NCBI GenBank assembly: GCA_965263355.1
Contig: CBDHHL010000032.1
Coordinates: 3,104,001-3,168,000 of the forward strand
DNA: 64,000 nt
Reading direction: 5' to 3'
Origin: Leptolyngbyaceae cyanobacterium
Lineage (GTDB): Bacteria; Cyanobacteriota; Cyanobacteriia; Phormidesmidales; Phormidesmidaceae
Of the stretch, positions 10,118 through 19,395 are shown piece by piece. How positions within the stretch are numbered: the stretch's first letter is position 1; each line of letters starts with the position of its first letter. The notes under the pieces were generated by a model. That model did no database searches. It was not told the origin of the DNA and saw only the letters and a program-made list of their open reading frames with translations. A program made the position numbers and the translations under genes.

Positions 10118-10529
10118 TACTTTACAAATAGATACAACACACCTTTGTGTAGTCTATTGATCCCACTTTTCTGAATCAAGCAGGTCTTACCCTCTCTTTG
10201 CGAAGGGGATTGTACTGAGTTTGGTCTGCAGCCATACCATTCAGGCTATGAGTAGCCTCATCATCAAGTGATAAATGGCTGATTTGGTAGAGCTTGAGGT
10301 GTTAATTGAGAAAAAAGGTCGACCCCAGTTTTTGTCTTCAATACAGGCTTCATAAGCGTAAATACGTACATCTATGTGTGAAAAACATGACAAAAGTGCT
10401 CTGCATATACGTACATTTTTGAATGACTGTTAATACTCATCATATTAAGGACCCTATCAATCTGACCCAAATTACGAAAAATTACCCCATAATCGAACGT
10501 AAGAGAGGAGTGGGCAGGAATTCTTGTCT

Positions 10530-12974
10530 ATGGGGTTTGTTATGGCCTTTTCTCCCTCTTTGTTGCAACAACTGCTGCGACGGCACGTTTCGCATCTTTG
10601 GCAAAGTCGTCGTTTACCACAATTAGCCCAGCGTACCTGCGAGCTATATTTTGATAGCCAAGGCCCTCGGGCTCAAACCCATTGCCGAGAGGTTTTACAA
10701 ACTCAGGTAAAGCTTGATGCCCAAAGTTTACAACGGTTTTTTCGGACAGAAATAGGTGACTTATTATTAGAGCGATTAGCTCAGTTGATTGAGTTACCTC
10801 ACGATAGTGCTGGACGTCAGGCCTTAATTAAGCGGCTTACCAAGGTGGATCAGCTCTCGATTATGAGTGTGTTGTCTCACATTGCAGGCAATTTGCGGAC
10901 TGATCGTCTATTAGAAACGGCTCAACAAATTAATCTGCTGCTCCAGACAACAGATCAACTGCTGGCTTTACTTAAGACACTGATGGAGCAGGAAGCTATT
11001 GACCAGAGCGGGCCTGCCACGGATCTTCGGTTGCCTGGTTCTTGGGGAATACGTCAGCGAATCTTGCGCTTGCATCGACAATCGTTGCAGCCATTTCAAG
11101 TATTTCTTTACGAACCCTTGGGAGAGATTTCTGAGCCAGTGTCTGTGGTGGTCATTTCCCATGGCTTAGCCGCTAACCCCCAGGCCATGGCTCCCTATGC
11201 TAGGCATCTTGCCTCCCATGGGTATCTAGTGGCTGTTCCCCAACATCCTGGTAGCGATAATCATCACCTGCATAATTTACTGGTGGGGACTGTTGATGAG
11301 ATATTTTCGCTACAAGAGTTTTTTGACCGTCCCCATGACATTAGTATTCTTTTGGATGAACTAGAACGGCGAAATGAACGTGAGTATGACGGGTATCTCA
11401 ATTTAAATGATGTGGGTATTTTGGGGGAATCATTTGGTGGTTATACGGCGTTGGCTCTCGCCGGTGCCACTATGGATTTTGACGCGTTGGCTCAACGTTG
11501 CGAAGGCATCTCTGACAGTTTGAACGTGTCGTTGTTGCTGCAGTGCCGAGCCCTATCTCTATCGCCGATGGTCAAGCCGCCGCTTCAGGATGCTCGAATT
11601 AAGGCGATTTTTATTGTTGACCCCATTGGTAGTGGTCTGTTTGGGGGCGATGGACTGGCGTCTGTGACGATTCCAACGATGCTCGCCACTGGCAGTCAGG
11701 ATAAAATAGCGCCGTTGGCGCTGGAACCGCTTCAGATGTTCCCCCAGCTTGCCAGCCGCGATCGCTTTTTAGCCGTTATTCGGGGTAAATCCCATATTCA
11801 TGATCTTAGTAAATTACTCTCTTCTTTGAAACTTGCAACTGTTAGTGAGCTGCCAAACTTAACCCTTTCACCGCCTATCATTGAGAGCTATCTTTGTGGG
11901 TTGAGTGGACTATTTTTTCAGCAATACTTACGACGATCTGACCGGTGCCATGCAACATTTCCCGCCTATGCCCAATCTATTAGTCAAGCACCCTATGACT
12001 TGTCTCTTATTAGTGCAAAATCGGATTATGCTCTACAGCCTGTGCTCAATGATTTTCAGCAGAGGTTAGCTCAGCTGAAATGGCAGACTATGACGGTTCA
12101 GTATCAAGATGGCTTTTTTGCAGCGGCTGATGGTTTAAGCCTCTATTATCAAAGCTGGTTGCCCACCTCAATGGTTAAGGCAACAGTGATTTTAGTCCAT
12201 GGGTTAGGTGGGCATAGCAGTCTCTTTCAAAATGTTGTCAAGGCCCTATTGCCTGAAGAATATGCGCTTTATGCCTATGATCTAAGAGGGCATGGGCGTT
12301 CCCCAGGACAGCGTGGTTATATTCATCGTTGGTCAGATTATCGTAACGACTTGGCGTATTTAATTGCCATGGTTAAGCACCAACACCCGATGGTCCCGTG
12401 TTTTTTGCTAGGGCATAGTTTAGGCAGCATTATTGCTCTGGAGTATGCACTGCACAGACGTAGGCATTTGGGTGAACCCAGCGCTATCGCTTATCTGAAC
12501 GTTAACGGTATTGTGGCTGCAGCGCCACCCTTTGGTAACCATGCCACCACTGATATGCGTTTAAAGATTGGGCAGCTATTGTCGTTAAGCTGGCCCCGAT
12601 TTTCTATGTCTTTGGGATTAAAGCATATTCCGCCATCGCGAGATCGATCTATCGTCTTGGCCTATGCCCATGACCCCCTTAGACATCAACGGGGTACAGC
12701 TCGCTTAGCGACAGAATTTTTAAAGACAATCAAAACCCTACGCACCCATAGTAACTATTTGACAGTGCCTATTTTGATGCTCCATGGAACGGAAGATCAG
12801 GTCGCTGACCTTGTTGTTAGCCATGATTTTTTTCAAGCCTTACCTCAGGCGAATAAAAGATTTATTAAATATCAGGGAGCTTATCACGAACTTTATAACG
12901 AAACTAATCAAGCAGAGATCATGATGGATATTAATCATTGGCTAGGGGAGCAACTTAAAATAGTTGATGGTTGA
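10530..12974 (+). CDS. Double alpha/beta-hydrolase fusion (DUF1400/dienelactone-hydrolase-like domain plus lysophospholipase/monoacylglycerol-lipase domain)
   Basis: Domain 1 has SHGL, HPGSD and GESFGG. Domain 2 (from about 12090) has VHGLGGH, DLRGHGRS, GHSLG, HGTED and YHE. Exact start uncertain (10524, 10530 or 10542). Confidence 0.85.
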   Translation: MGFVMAFSPSLLQQLLRRHVSHLWQSRRLPQLAQRTCELYFDSQGPRAQTHCREVLQTQVKLDAQSLQRFFRTEIGDLLLERLAQLIELPHDSAGRQALIKRLTKVDQLSIMSVLSHIAGNLRTDRLLETAQQINLLLQTTDQLLALLKTLMEQEAIDQSGPATDLRLPGSWGIRQRILRLHRQSLQPFQVFLYEPLGEISEPVSVVVISHGLAANPQAMAPYARHLASHGYLVAVPQHPGSDNHHLHNLLVGTVDEIFSLQEFFDRPHDISILLDELERRNEREYDGYLNLNDVGILGESFGGYTALALAGATMDFDALAQRCEGISDSLNVSLLLQCRALSLSPMVKPPLQDARIKAIFIVDPIGSGLFGGDGLASVTIPTMLATGSQDKIAPLALEPLQMFPQLASRDRFLAVIRGKSHIHDLSKLLSSLKLATVSELPNLTLSPPIIESYLCGLSGLFFQQYLRRSDRCHATFPAYAQSISQAPYDLSLISAKSDYALQPVLNDFQQRLAQLKWQTMTVQYQDGFFAAADGLSLYYQSWLPTSMVKATVILVHGLGGHSSLFQNVVKALLPEEYALYAYDLRGHGRSPGQRGYIHRWSDYRNDLAYLIAMVKHQHPMVPCFLLGHSLGSIIALEYALHRRRHLGEPSAIAYLNVNGIVAAAPPFGNHATTDMRLKIGQLLSLSWPRFSMSLGLKHIPPSRDRSIVLAYAHDPLRHQRGTARLATEFLKTIKTLRTHSNYLTVPILMLHGTEDQVADLVVSHDFFQALPQANKRFIKYQGAYHELYNETNQAEIMMDINHWLGEQLKIVDG

Positions 12975-13425
12975 TTTTCAAGAACTATTGGTTTAGGTCT
13001 TAATATTACAGGCATATTAAGACAACCCCTGATTGCTAGGTGATCCCACTATAATGAATGTATTAGAAATTCAGCTTTAATTGCTAGGCTTATCCAAAAT
13101 TACTAAGTTTTTGGCAACTATTTTGCCTGGTTAAATAGCTGGATTCTTAACTATGAGTCGTGATTTATCTGGCTGTTTTTTATTGTTATCTAATTGGTTT
13201 TTGCTGCTAATAGTTTGCGACTTTGAGCCCGTCAACAGTTCCCGGAATAGACTCTTTTCTCGTGTTTTCTGTATAGATAATACGGTTTGAGCTACGGGTT
13301 TAGGTGTGAGCTTGGGTCTATATCTATCTTTAACCACTCCTCTCTTTGCTGGGTAGAGCTGTAGGCCTTTTGAATGTGACTAGTCTGTATCTTGAGGGAG
13401 CGCACTCAAGAGTGCTCTTAAGAAG

Positions 13426-15444
13426 ATGAGTGATCGATGTCTCCTTAGTTGCCCGCTGTATGTCGCGCCAACAACTAAGGGCTCTGTAGAGTTAAATCAC
13501 ACCATTCCTGATTTGTTGGATATGGGGTGTGCGTATGATTATGTGCCTAGGCTATATCAGTGGACTCTCCATGGCTGGGAGGCTTATAACTATGGTGAAT
13601 TTCGGACTGCAGCAGAAGAGGTGGCATTGGGATTGCAGACGGAAGGCTTGACGGGTGGTGGGGAGCTGCCACGCATTGGTCTATTGTTAGATAGCGATAT
13701 CCATTGGGCAATGGTGGATATGGGCAGTGCGATCGCACGCCTGGTCACTGTACCTCTCGATCGCGGACAACCCACATCTACCATTGGCTGGATTGTTGCC
13801 GATGCTGGTCTAAAAGCACTGGTTGTTTCTAATTGGAAAATATTAAAACGCGTTTATCACCATGTTCAGCAGGTTGAGCTAATTATTGTTGTTGAGGATG
13901 CCCCACCCCCTGTCTGGGCGTTAGGGGAGGCTACCATTAAACCCCTAGTAGCTATTCGCCATCAAGGGCGTTTGATCCATACAGCATCAGCAATTCAGGC
14001 ATTGAAAGCGCAGCTCCATCCCGATGATTTAGCTACCATTGTTTACAATTCTGATGCTGGTGGCCGTGTCAAAGGGGCTATGCTCAGCCATCGGAACTTG
14101 ACCGGCAATATTTGGGCGGCGTTTAGTAGCATGCCTGGACTGTTGCCGGGGACACCAGAAGTAGCCCTATCGTTTTTACCCCTTAATCATATTTTTGCAA
14201 GGGCTTTTCTCTACGGTCATTTTGGCTTTGGTCACCATATCTATTTTTCATCTCCAAAGCGGGTCTTTTCCCATTTAGCGACGGTTAAACCGACAATTTT
14301 TATTACGGTGCCACGGTTACTTGAGAAAGTCTATGAGCGAGTTAATGCTCTCCGACAACAATCCTATGGACTCAACCACTACTGGTTGACCTGGGGGTGG
14401 CATCTGGCCCACCGTGAGAGGTTGCCCCGTCTTCTGCATTGGGTGCTGGGGCACACCGTGTTTAATCATTTGCGTCGAGCATTTGGAGGCAGCATTCGCT
14501 ATCTGCTATGTGGGGGGGCAGCCCTCCGGCCTGAGATTATGACCTTTTTTAATGGTGTCGGTATTCCGGTAAAGCAGGGCTATGGGCTGACGGAGACCAG
14601 TTCTGTGCTGAGCTATACCCGTGATCGCTGGCTGCGTTCCGGTACTGTAGGGGCACCAATTCCTGGGGTGGAAATGCGGCTGGCGGCAGATGGTGAAATC
14701 TTAGTGCACAGTCCCTATACCATGGCTGGATATCACCATGATCCAGCGGCTACAGATGCTGTGATTGATGCTGACGGCTGGTTCCATACCGGAGACTGGG
14801 GAGAATTTTCTGTGGATGGACTCCTGACACTCCATGGTTGTAAAAAAGATCTCTTTAAGTTGTCTACCGGTAAATATGTGGCTCCAACACCAATTGAAGC
14901 CCAATTGGAAAAGTCTCCCATTGTCAAGCAAGCTTTGTTAGTAGGACCTGGACAGAAGTTTTGTGGGGTGTTGATTGTGCCTGGGGTTGAAAGCCTCAGG
15001 TCAATACTTCAAGCTAGGGGCGAGAGCTTGGCAGACTGGCAGTTGTCGTTAACGACTGTGTTAGGAGATGTGGAGAGGGATGCTAACACATTAGCGCTGG
15101 TGCGAACTGACACGTTAGCGCTGGTGCGAACTGACACGTCAGCGCTGGTGCGAACTGACACGTCAGCGCTGGTGCGAACGCAATACCAAACCCTGATCGA
15201 TCACCTCAATGAACAATTGCCAAGTTGGTCAACTATTAAGCGGTTTGTACTGATTAACGAAAAGCCTGATGCTACAGGTAGCCGTCAGCAGCGTTACCAG
15301 GCCTATGCCCAGGAGATTAAGGTCTTGTATCAGGAGGCTGAGCTTGGGCATCAGGGACCGCCGAGAAAGTTATCTCGTTTATATCAACGGTGGAAGCGTT
15401 TAAGGCCCTTTAATTGGCGTAACCGTCCAACCAATGTGGCGTGA
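13426..15444 (+). CDS. Long-chain fatty acid--CoA ligase (FadD-like AMP-binding enzyme)
   Basis: DDLATIVYNS...KGAMLSH.N, SFLPLNHIFAR, VPRLLEKV, QGYGLTETS, GWFHTGD and KLSTGKYVAP. Confidence 0.9.
   Translation: MSDRCLLSCPLYVAPTTKGSVELNHTIPDLLDMGCAYDYVPRLYQWTLHGWEAYNYGEFRTAAEEVALGLQTEGLTGGGELPRIGLLLDSDIHWAMVDMGSAIARLVTVPLDRGQPTSTIGWIVADAGLKALVVSNWKILKRVYHHVQQVELIIVVEDAPPPVWALGEATIKPLVAIRHQGRLIHTASAIQALKAQLHPDDLATIVYNSDAGGRVKGAMLSHRNLTGNIWAAFSSMPGLLPGTPEVALSFLPLNHIFARAFLYGHFGFGHHIYFSSPKRVFSHLATVKPTIFITVPRLLEKVYERVNALRQQSYGLNHYWLTWGWHLAHRERLPRLLHWVLGHTVFNHLRRAFGGSIRYLLCGGAALRPEIMTFFNGVGIPVKQGYGLTETSSVLSYTRDRWLRSGTVGAPIPGVEMRLAADGEILVHSPYTMAGYHHDPAATDAVIDADGWFHTGDWGEFSVDGLLTLHGCKKDLFKLSTGKYVAPTPIEAQLEKSPIVKQALLVGPGQKFCGVLIVPGVESLRSILQARGESLADWQLSLTTVLGDVERDANTLALVRTDTLALVRTDTSALVRTDTSALVRTQYQTLIDHLNEQLPSWSTIKRFVLINEKPDATGSRQQRYQAYAQEIKVLYQEAELGHQGPPRKLSRLYQRWKRLRPFNWRNRPTNVA
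15084..15179 (+). repeat. In-frame 24-bp tandem repeat x4 (consensus tgacacgt[t/c]agcgctggtgcgaac)
   Basis: Four units encode NTLALVRT-DTLALVRT-DTSALVRT-DTSALVRT. Confidence 0.97.
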
Positions 15445-15530
15445 TTGCGTTTGGCATTTTAGGGGCTTGTGTGATGTTTTTGGGTAGGTGTTGCCTGCCT
15501 TCTGTTTACCGTCTTTAGAGGAGATCGATC

Positions 15531-17903
15531 ATGACTTTTCTTCCCTTGAAAACAGTAGCCGTGCTGGGTGCTGGTGTTATGGGTACTCAAATTGCAGCCC
15601 ATTTGGCGAATGCGGGATTACAGGTGTTACTGATGGATTTGCCTGCACCTGAAGGTAATAAAAATGCAGTTGTGGAAGGTGCCTTTAAGAAGGCTCAAAA
15701 GACCTCACCACCGATCCTATTTTCTCCTGATGTGGCCCACCGGATTGAGTTAGGCAACTACCATGAACACTTTGCCCGTTTGAGCCAGGTAGATTGGGTG
15801 ATTGAAGCTGTGATTGAGCGATTGGATGTTAAGCAGCAGCTGATGGCTCGCCTCGAACAGGTGGTCCGTTCTGACGCTGTGATTTCTACCAATACTAGTG
15901 GGTTGCCCATTGCGCAGATTGTCGATGGACGGTCCTTAGACTTTCGACGGCGGTTTTTAGGTACGCACTTTTTTAACCCACCCCGATATTTGAAACTGTT
16001 GGAGCTAATTCCGACTGACGAGACTGCTCTGGAGATAATGCAACGGGTGGCATGGTTTGGTCGTCACTACTTAGGCAAAGGAGTAGTGGTAGCCAAGGAT
16101 ACCCCCAATTTTATTGCTAACCGCATTGGTCTGTTTGCGACATTTCTAGGTATTCATGCGCTAATCAACGAAGGCTATTCCATTGAAGAGATTGATACAT
16201 TGACGGGCACATTAGTGGGTCGGCCAAAATCGGCAACGTTTAGGACAGCTGATCTCGTTGGCTTGGATACCTTGCGTCATGTGGCTGAAAATATTTATCC
16301 GGCTATTTCCCACGATGAACAACGGGAAATGTTTAAGCTGCCCCCACTGTTAAAAACGTTGGTGGAAACTGGCTCGCGAGGTGCGAAGTCTGGCCAAGGG
16401 TTCTATAAAAAGGTGGGTAAGCAGATTCTCTCTGTGAATCCTAAAACCTTTGCCTATGAAGTGCCCTGTCCACCAGATTTACCTGGACTTGAAACTGTCT
16501 CTCAAATACCTGAACTGATTGCCCGAGTTAGGGAACTGTATACCCTGGAGGGTAGGGCGGGAGACTTCTTCCGAAAAACTACCCTTGCCCTCTTAAGTTA
16601 CAGTGCCTGTCGCTTGCCCGAAATTGCTGATAGTCCCGTGGATGTGGACCGAGCTATGCGTTGGGGATTTGGCTGGCAAATGGGACCGTTTGAGCTGTGG
16701 GATGCTATTGGGTTCCATCGTGTGCTGTATGACATGCAGGCAGTACACCTGTGTGTGCCTGATTGGGTGACTGACATGGCGGCTACAGGAGAATCTCACT
16801 TCTATCGGAGTACCCAGGGGGTGCCCAGTAGTTTGTTGATGGCTGATGCGGTACTTGGACCCATGGGGCAACAAATGATAGAACAGCCTCAAAATGAGAT
16901 TTATCTGCCGTTGATTAAAACAACAAATAGGACGCTATGGGAGAACTCGGAAGCGGCACTATTGGACATGGGAAATGGGGTGGTACTCTATGAGTTTCGG
17001 TCTAAAGGCAATACCCTCAGTACAACTGTGGTGGATGGCTTACAGACGGTACTGGATATGTTGTCCCAGGACGACCAGTATCGAGGGTTAGTGATTGGTA
17101 ATAACAGCGATCATTTCTGTGGTGGGGCTAATCTTGTGGAAATGGTCACGGCGGCCCAAACCGATAATTGGCAGATGATTGCCGATTTGTTGGTGACATT
17201 TCAGCGGCTGTTACAGCGGATTCGTTACTTCCATAAACCGATTGTGGCGGCTGTCCAAGGTCGAGTATTAGGGGGGGGCTGTGAGTTAGTCATGGCCTGT
17301 CCCCATGTGGTGGCGGCGGCTGAAAGTTATATCGGACTGGTGGAGCTAAGTGTTGGTCTGATTCCTGGGGCTACGGGCACAACTCGTATGGCTAAGTGGG
17401 CAGCTCAGCAGGCTATGAGTGGCACTGCTCAGCATATTCAACCGTTCTTAAATCATGTGTTTAAGACGGTGGCGACAGCGACTGTCTCGGGTAGTGCTTT
17501 TGAGGCGATTGAGTTGGGCTTTTTGCCTCCTAATGCTCACATTGTTATGAACAATGACCAGCGACTGTATGTGGCGAAAGAAGAGGTGCTGTGTCTTGAT
17601 CGGGTGGGCTATCGTCCTCCTGCCCATGATAGTTTTTGGGTGCTAGGTGAGCAGGGTCGGGCGGTGTTGGATCATATGGCGTATACCCTGCAACAGGGGG
17701 GATTTGCCAGTGACTATGATCGGTTCTTGGCAGGGCAGCTGGCCTATGTGATGACGGGAGGAAAATTGACGGCTGCGGCGCGGGTGTCTGAGGAGTATTT
17801 GTTGAGGTTGGAGCAGGCGGTGTTCTTGCCGTTGTTGCAACAGAAGAAGACACAGGAGAGGATTGCGCATTTGTTGAAGACCAAGAAGCCGTTGCGAAAT
17901 TGA
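15531..17903 (+). CDS. fadN: 3-hydroxyacyl-CoA dehydrogenase / enoyl-CoA hydratase (FadN-type)
   Basis: GAGVMG Rossmann motif, STNTSGL, GTHFFNPPRY and KDTPNFIANRIG, then a crotonase domain (FCGGANL, LGGGCE, GLVE..VGLIP). RBS gaggag upstream. Confidence 0.93.
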   Translation: MTFLPLKTVAVLGAGVMGTQIAAHLANAGLQVLLMDLPAPEGNKNAVVEGAFKKAQKTSPPILFSPDVAHRIELGNYHEHFARLSQVDWVIEAVIERLDVKQQLMARLEQVVRSDAVISTNTSGLPIAQIVDGRSLDFRRRFLGTHFFNPPRYLKLLELIPTDETALEIMQRVAWFGRHYLGKGVVVAKDTPNFIANRIGLFATFLGIHALINEGYSIEEIDTLTGTLVGRPKSATFRTADLVGLDTLRHVAENIYPAISHDEQREMFKLPPLLKTLVETGSRGAKSGQGFYKKVGKQILSVNPKTFAYEVPCPPDLPGLETVSQIPELIARVRELYTLEGRAGDFFRKTTLALLSYSACRLPEIADSPVDVDRAMRWGFGWQMGPFELWDAIGFHRVLYDMQAVHLCVPDWVTDMAATGESHFYRSTQGVPSSLLMADAVLGPMGQQMIEQPQNEIYLPLIKTTNRTLWENSEAALLDMGNGVVLYEFRSKGNTLSTTVVDGLQTVLDMLSQDDQYRGLVIGNNSDHFCGGANLVEMVTAAQTDNWQMIADLLVTFQRLLQRIRYFHKPIVAAVQGRVLGGGCELVMACPHVVAAAESYIGLVELSVGLIPGATGTTRMAKWAAQQAMSGTAQHIQPFLNHVFKTVATATVSGSAFEAIELGFLPPNAHIVMNNDQRLYVAKEEVLCLDRVGYRPPAHDSFWVLGEQGRAVLDHMAYTLQQGGFASDYDRFLAGQLAYVMTGGKLTAAARVSEEYLLRLEQAVFLPLLQQKKTQERIAHLLKTKKPLRN

Positions 17904-17967
17904 GGTTTTTGGGGCGGTTGGATTTGTTGGTTTTTGGTTTTTGGGGCGGTTGGATTTGTTGGGTTTT
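17904..17967. repeat. 32-bp G/T-rich tandem duplication between fadN and fadA
   Basis: ggtttttggggcggttggatttgttgg[t/g]tttt twice, with one mismatch. Confidence 0.9.
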
Positions 17968-18067
17968 GGTTTTTGCCTGGGTTGAAAGAGGCTGGGTTTG
18001 TGGTGCAACCCAACCTATGGGTTTAATTGTCCCCTTGTTGTTATTGCTTGTTTACGTGGAGATCATT

Positions 18068-19249
18068 ATGCGAAGTACGTATATTGTTGCAAGTGTAAGA
18101 ACGGCGGTTGGCAAGGCTCCACGTGGGGCACTGCGGCATATGCGGCCTGATGATATGGGGGCAGCGGTGGTGCAGGGGGCAATGAAGCGGCTGCCTGCGT
18201 TACAGCTAGATCAGATCGAGGATGTGATCATGGGCTGTGCCATGCCTGAGGCAGAACAGGGCTATAACCTGGGCCGGGTGATTGCCCATCGGGCTGGGTT
18301 GCCCCCATCGGTGCCAGGGATGACGGTAAATCGCTTATGTTCGTCTGGTCTGCAAACCATTGCCATGGCACACCAGGCCATTAGTCTGGGGCAGGCAGAG
18401 GTGATAATCGCTGGGGGTGTGGAGTCCATGAGCTTGATTCCTATGGGGGGTGATCGGTGGAGCCCGAATCCAGCCATGATGGTTGAGATGCCCCAGATAT
18501 ATACCTCCATGGGGTTAACGGCGGAAAATGTGGCAGAACAGTTTGACATTGCACGGGCAGATCAGGATGTGTTTGCCTTGCGATCGCACCAAAAGGCCCT
18601 CAACGCCATTGCGGCGGGTCACTTCGCCGATGAAATTGTGGGTCTCACCGTAACGGATACGGTCTACATAGACGGTGAGACCCACACCCAGAAGACAGTC
18701 TTCGAGGTGGATGAAGGCCCTCGACCAGATACCAGTCTGGACGCATTAGCAGGGTTGCCACCGGTCTTCCGCCGTGGCGGGAGTGTCACTGCCGGTAACT
18801 CCTCCCAGATGTCTGATGGGGCTGCCGCTGCAATTCTCATGAGCGAAGACAAAGTCAGAGAATTAAACCTTACTCCCATGGCTCGTCTGCTGGGATTTGC
18901 TGTGGCTGGCGTGCCCCCACAGATTATGGGTATTGGTCCAGTAGACGCGGTACCCAAGGTGCTGAAGCAGGTCGGGTTGAGCCTGGATGACATCGGTTTG
19001 ATTGAGTTAAATGAAGCCTTTGCAGCTCAAAGTCTGGCGGTAATTCGTAAGTTGGGGTTGAACCCGGACATTATTAACGTGAACGGCGGTGCGATCGCCC
19101 TGGGCCATCCTCTGGGTTGCAGTGGTGCAAAACTGACTGCCACGTTACTCCATGCCATGAAACGTCATCATGTCCGCTATGGCATGGTCACCATGTGTGT
19201 GGGAGGTGGCATGGGTGCCGCCGGGGTGTTTGAAAATTTGTTGCTCTAA
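18068..19249 (+). CDS. fadA: 3-ketoacyl-CoA thiolase (acetyl-CoA C-acyltransferase)
   Basis: [15 protein letters not shown] (catalytic Cys), [19 protein letters not shown] and MCVGGGMG. Start set at ATG 18068, after a ggag RBS. Confidence 0.96.
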   Translation: MRSTYIVASVRTAVGKAPRGALRHMRPDDMGAAVVQGAMKRLPALQLDQIEDVIMGCAMPEAEQGYNLGRVIAHRAGLPPSVPGMTVNRLCSSGLQTIAMAHQAISLGQAEVIIAGGVESMSLIPMGGDRWSPNPAMMVEMPQIYTSMGLTAENVAEQFDIARADQDVFALRSHQKALNAIAAGHFADEIVGLTVTDTVYIDGETHTQKTVFEVDEGPRPDTSLDALAGLPPVFRRGGSVTAGNSSQMSDGAAAAILMSEDKVRELNLTPMARLLGFAVAGVPPQIMGIGPVDAVPKVLKQVGLSLDDIGLIELNEAFAAQSLAVIRKLGLNPDIINVNGGAIALGHPLGCSGAKLTATLLHAMKRHHVRYGMVTMCVGGGMGAAGVFENLLL

Positions 19250-19354
19250 TTTAGGTAAAGTGACAAAAAAAGACTAGGCTTGGAAAGTAAGGGTGACGTT
19301 TGTTTTCAGCTACACTTCAACAAATTTCAACAAGATTATAAATTTTTCTGCATA

Positions 19355-19392
19355 GACCCGTAGGGGTGTTGTATGTAATGCCCCTACGGGTC
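19355..19392. repeat. GTAG-type REP-like palindrome (degenerate copy of the 6227 element)
   Basis: gacccgtagggg-tgttgtatgtaatg-cccctacgggtc. Confidence 0.85.
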
Positions 19393-19395
19393 GGG

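Noticed and set aside
15084..15179. 24-bp repeats as a CRISPR array
   Set aside because: Head-to-tail with no spacers, and in frame inside a CDS.
17545..18067. Minus-strand ORFs and the N-terminal extension of the thiolase ORF (from 17900)
   Set aside because: Produced by the G/T-rich 32-bp duplication and antisense fadN. Thiolase homology starts at 18068.
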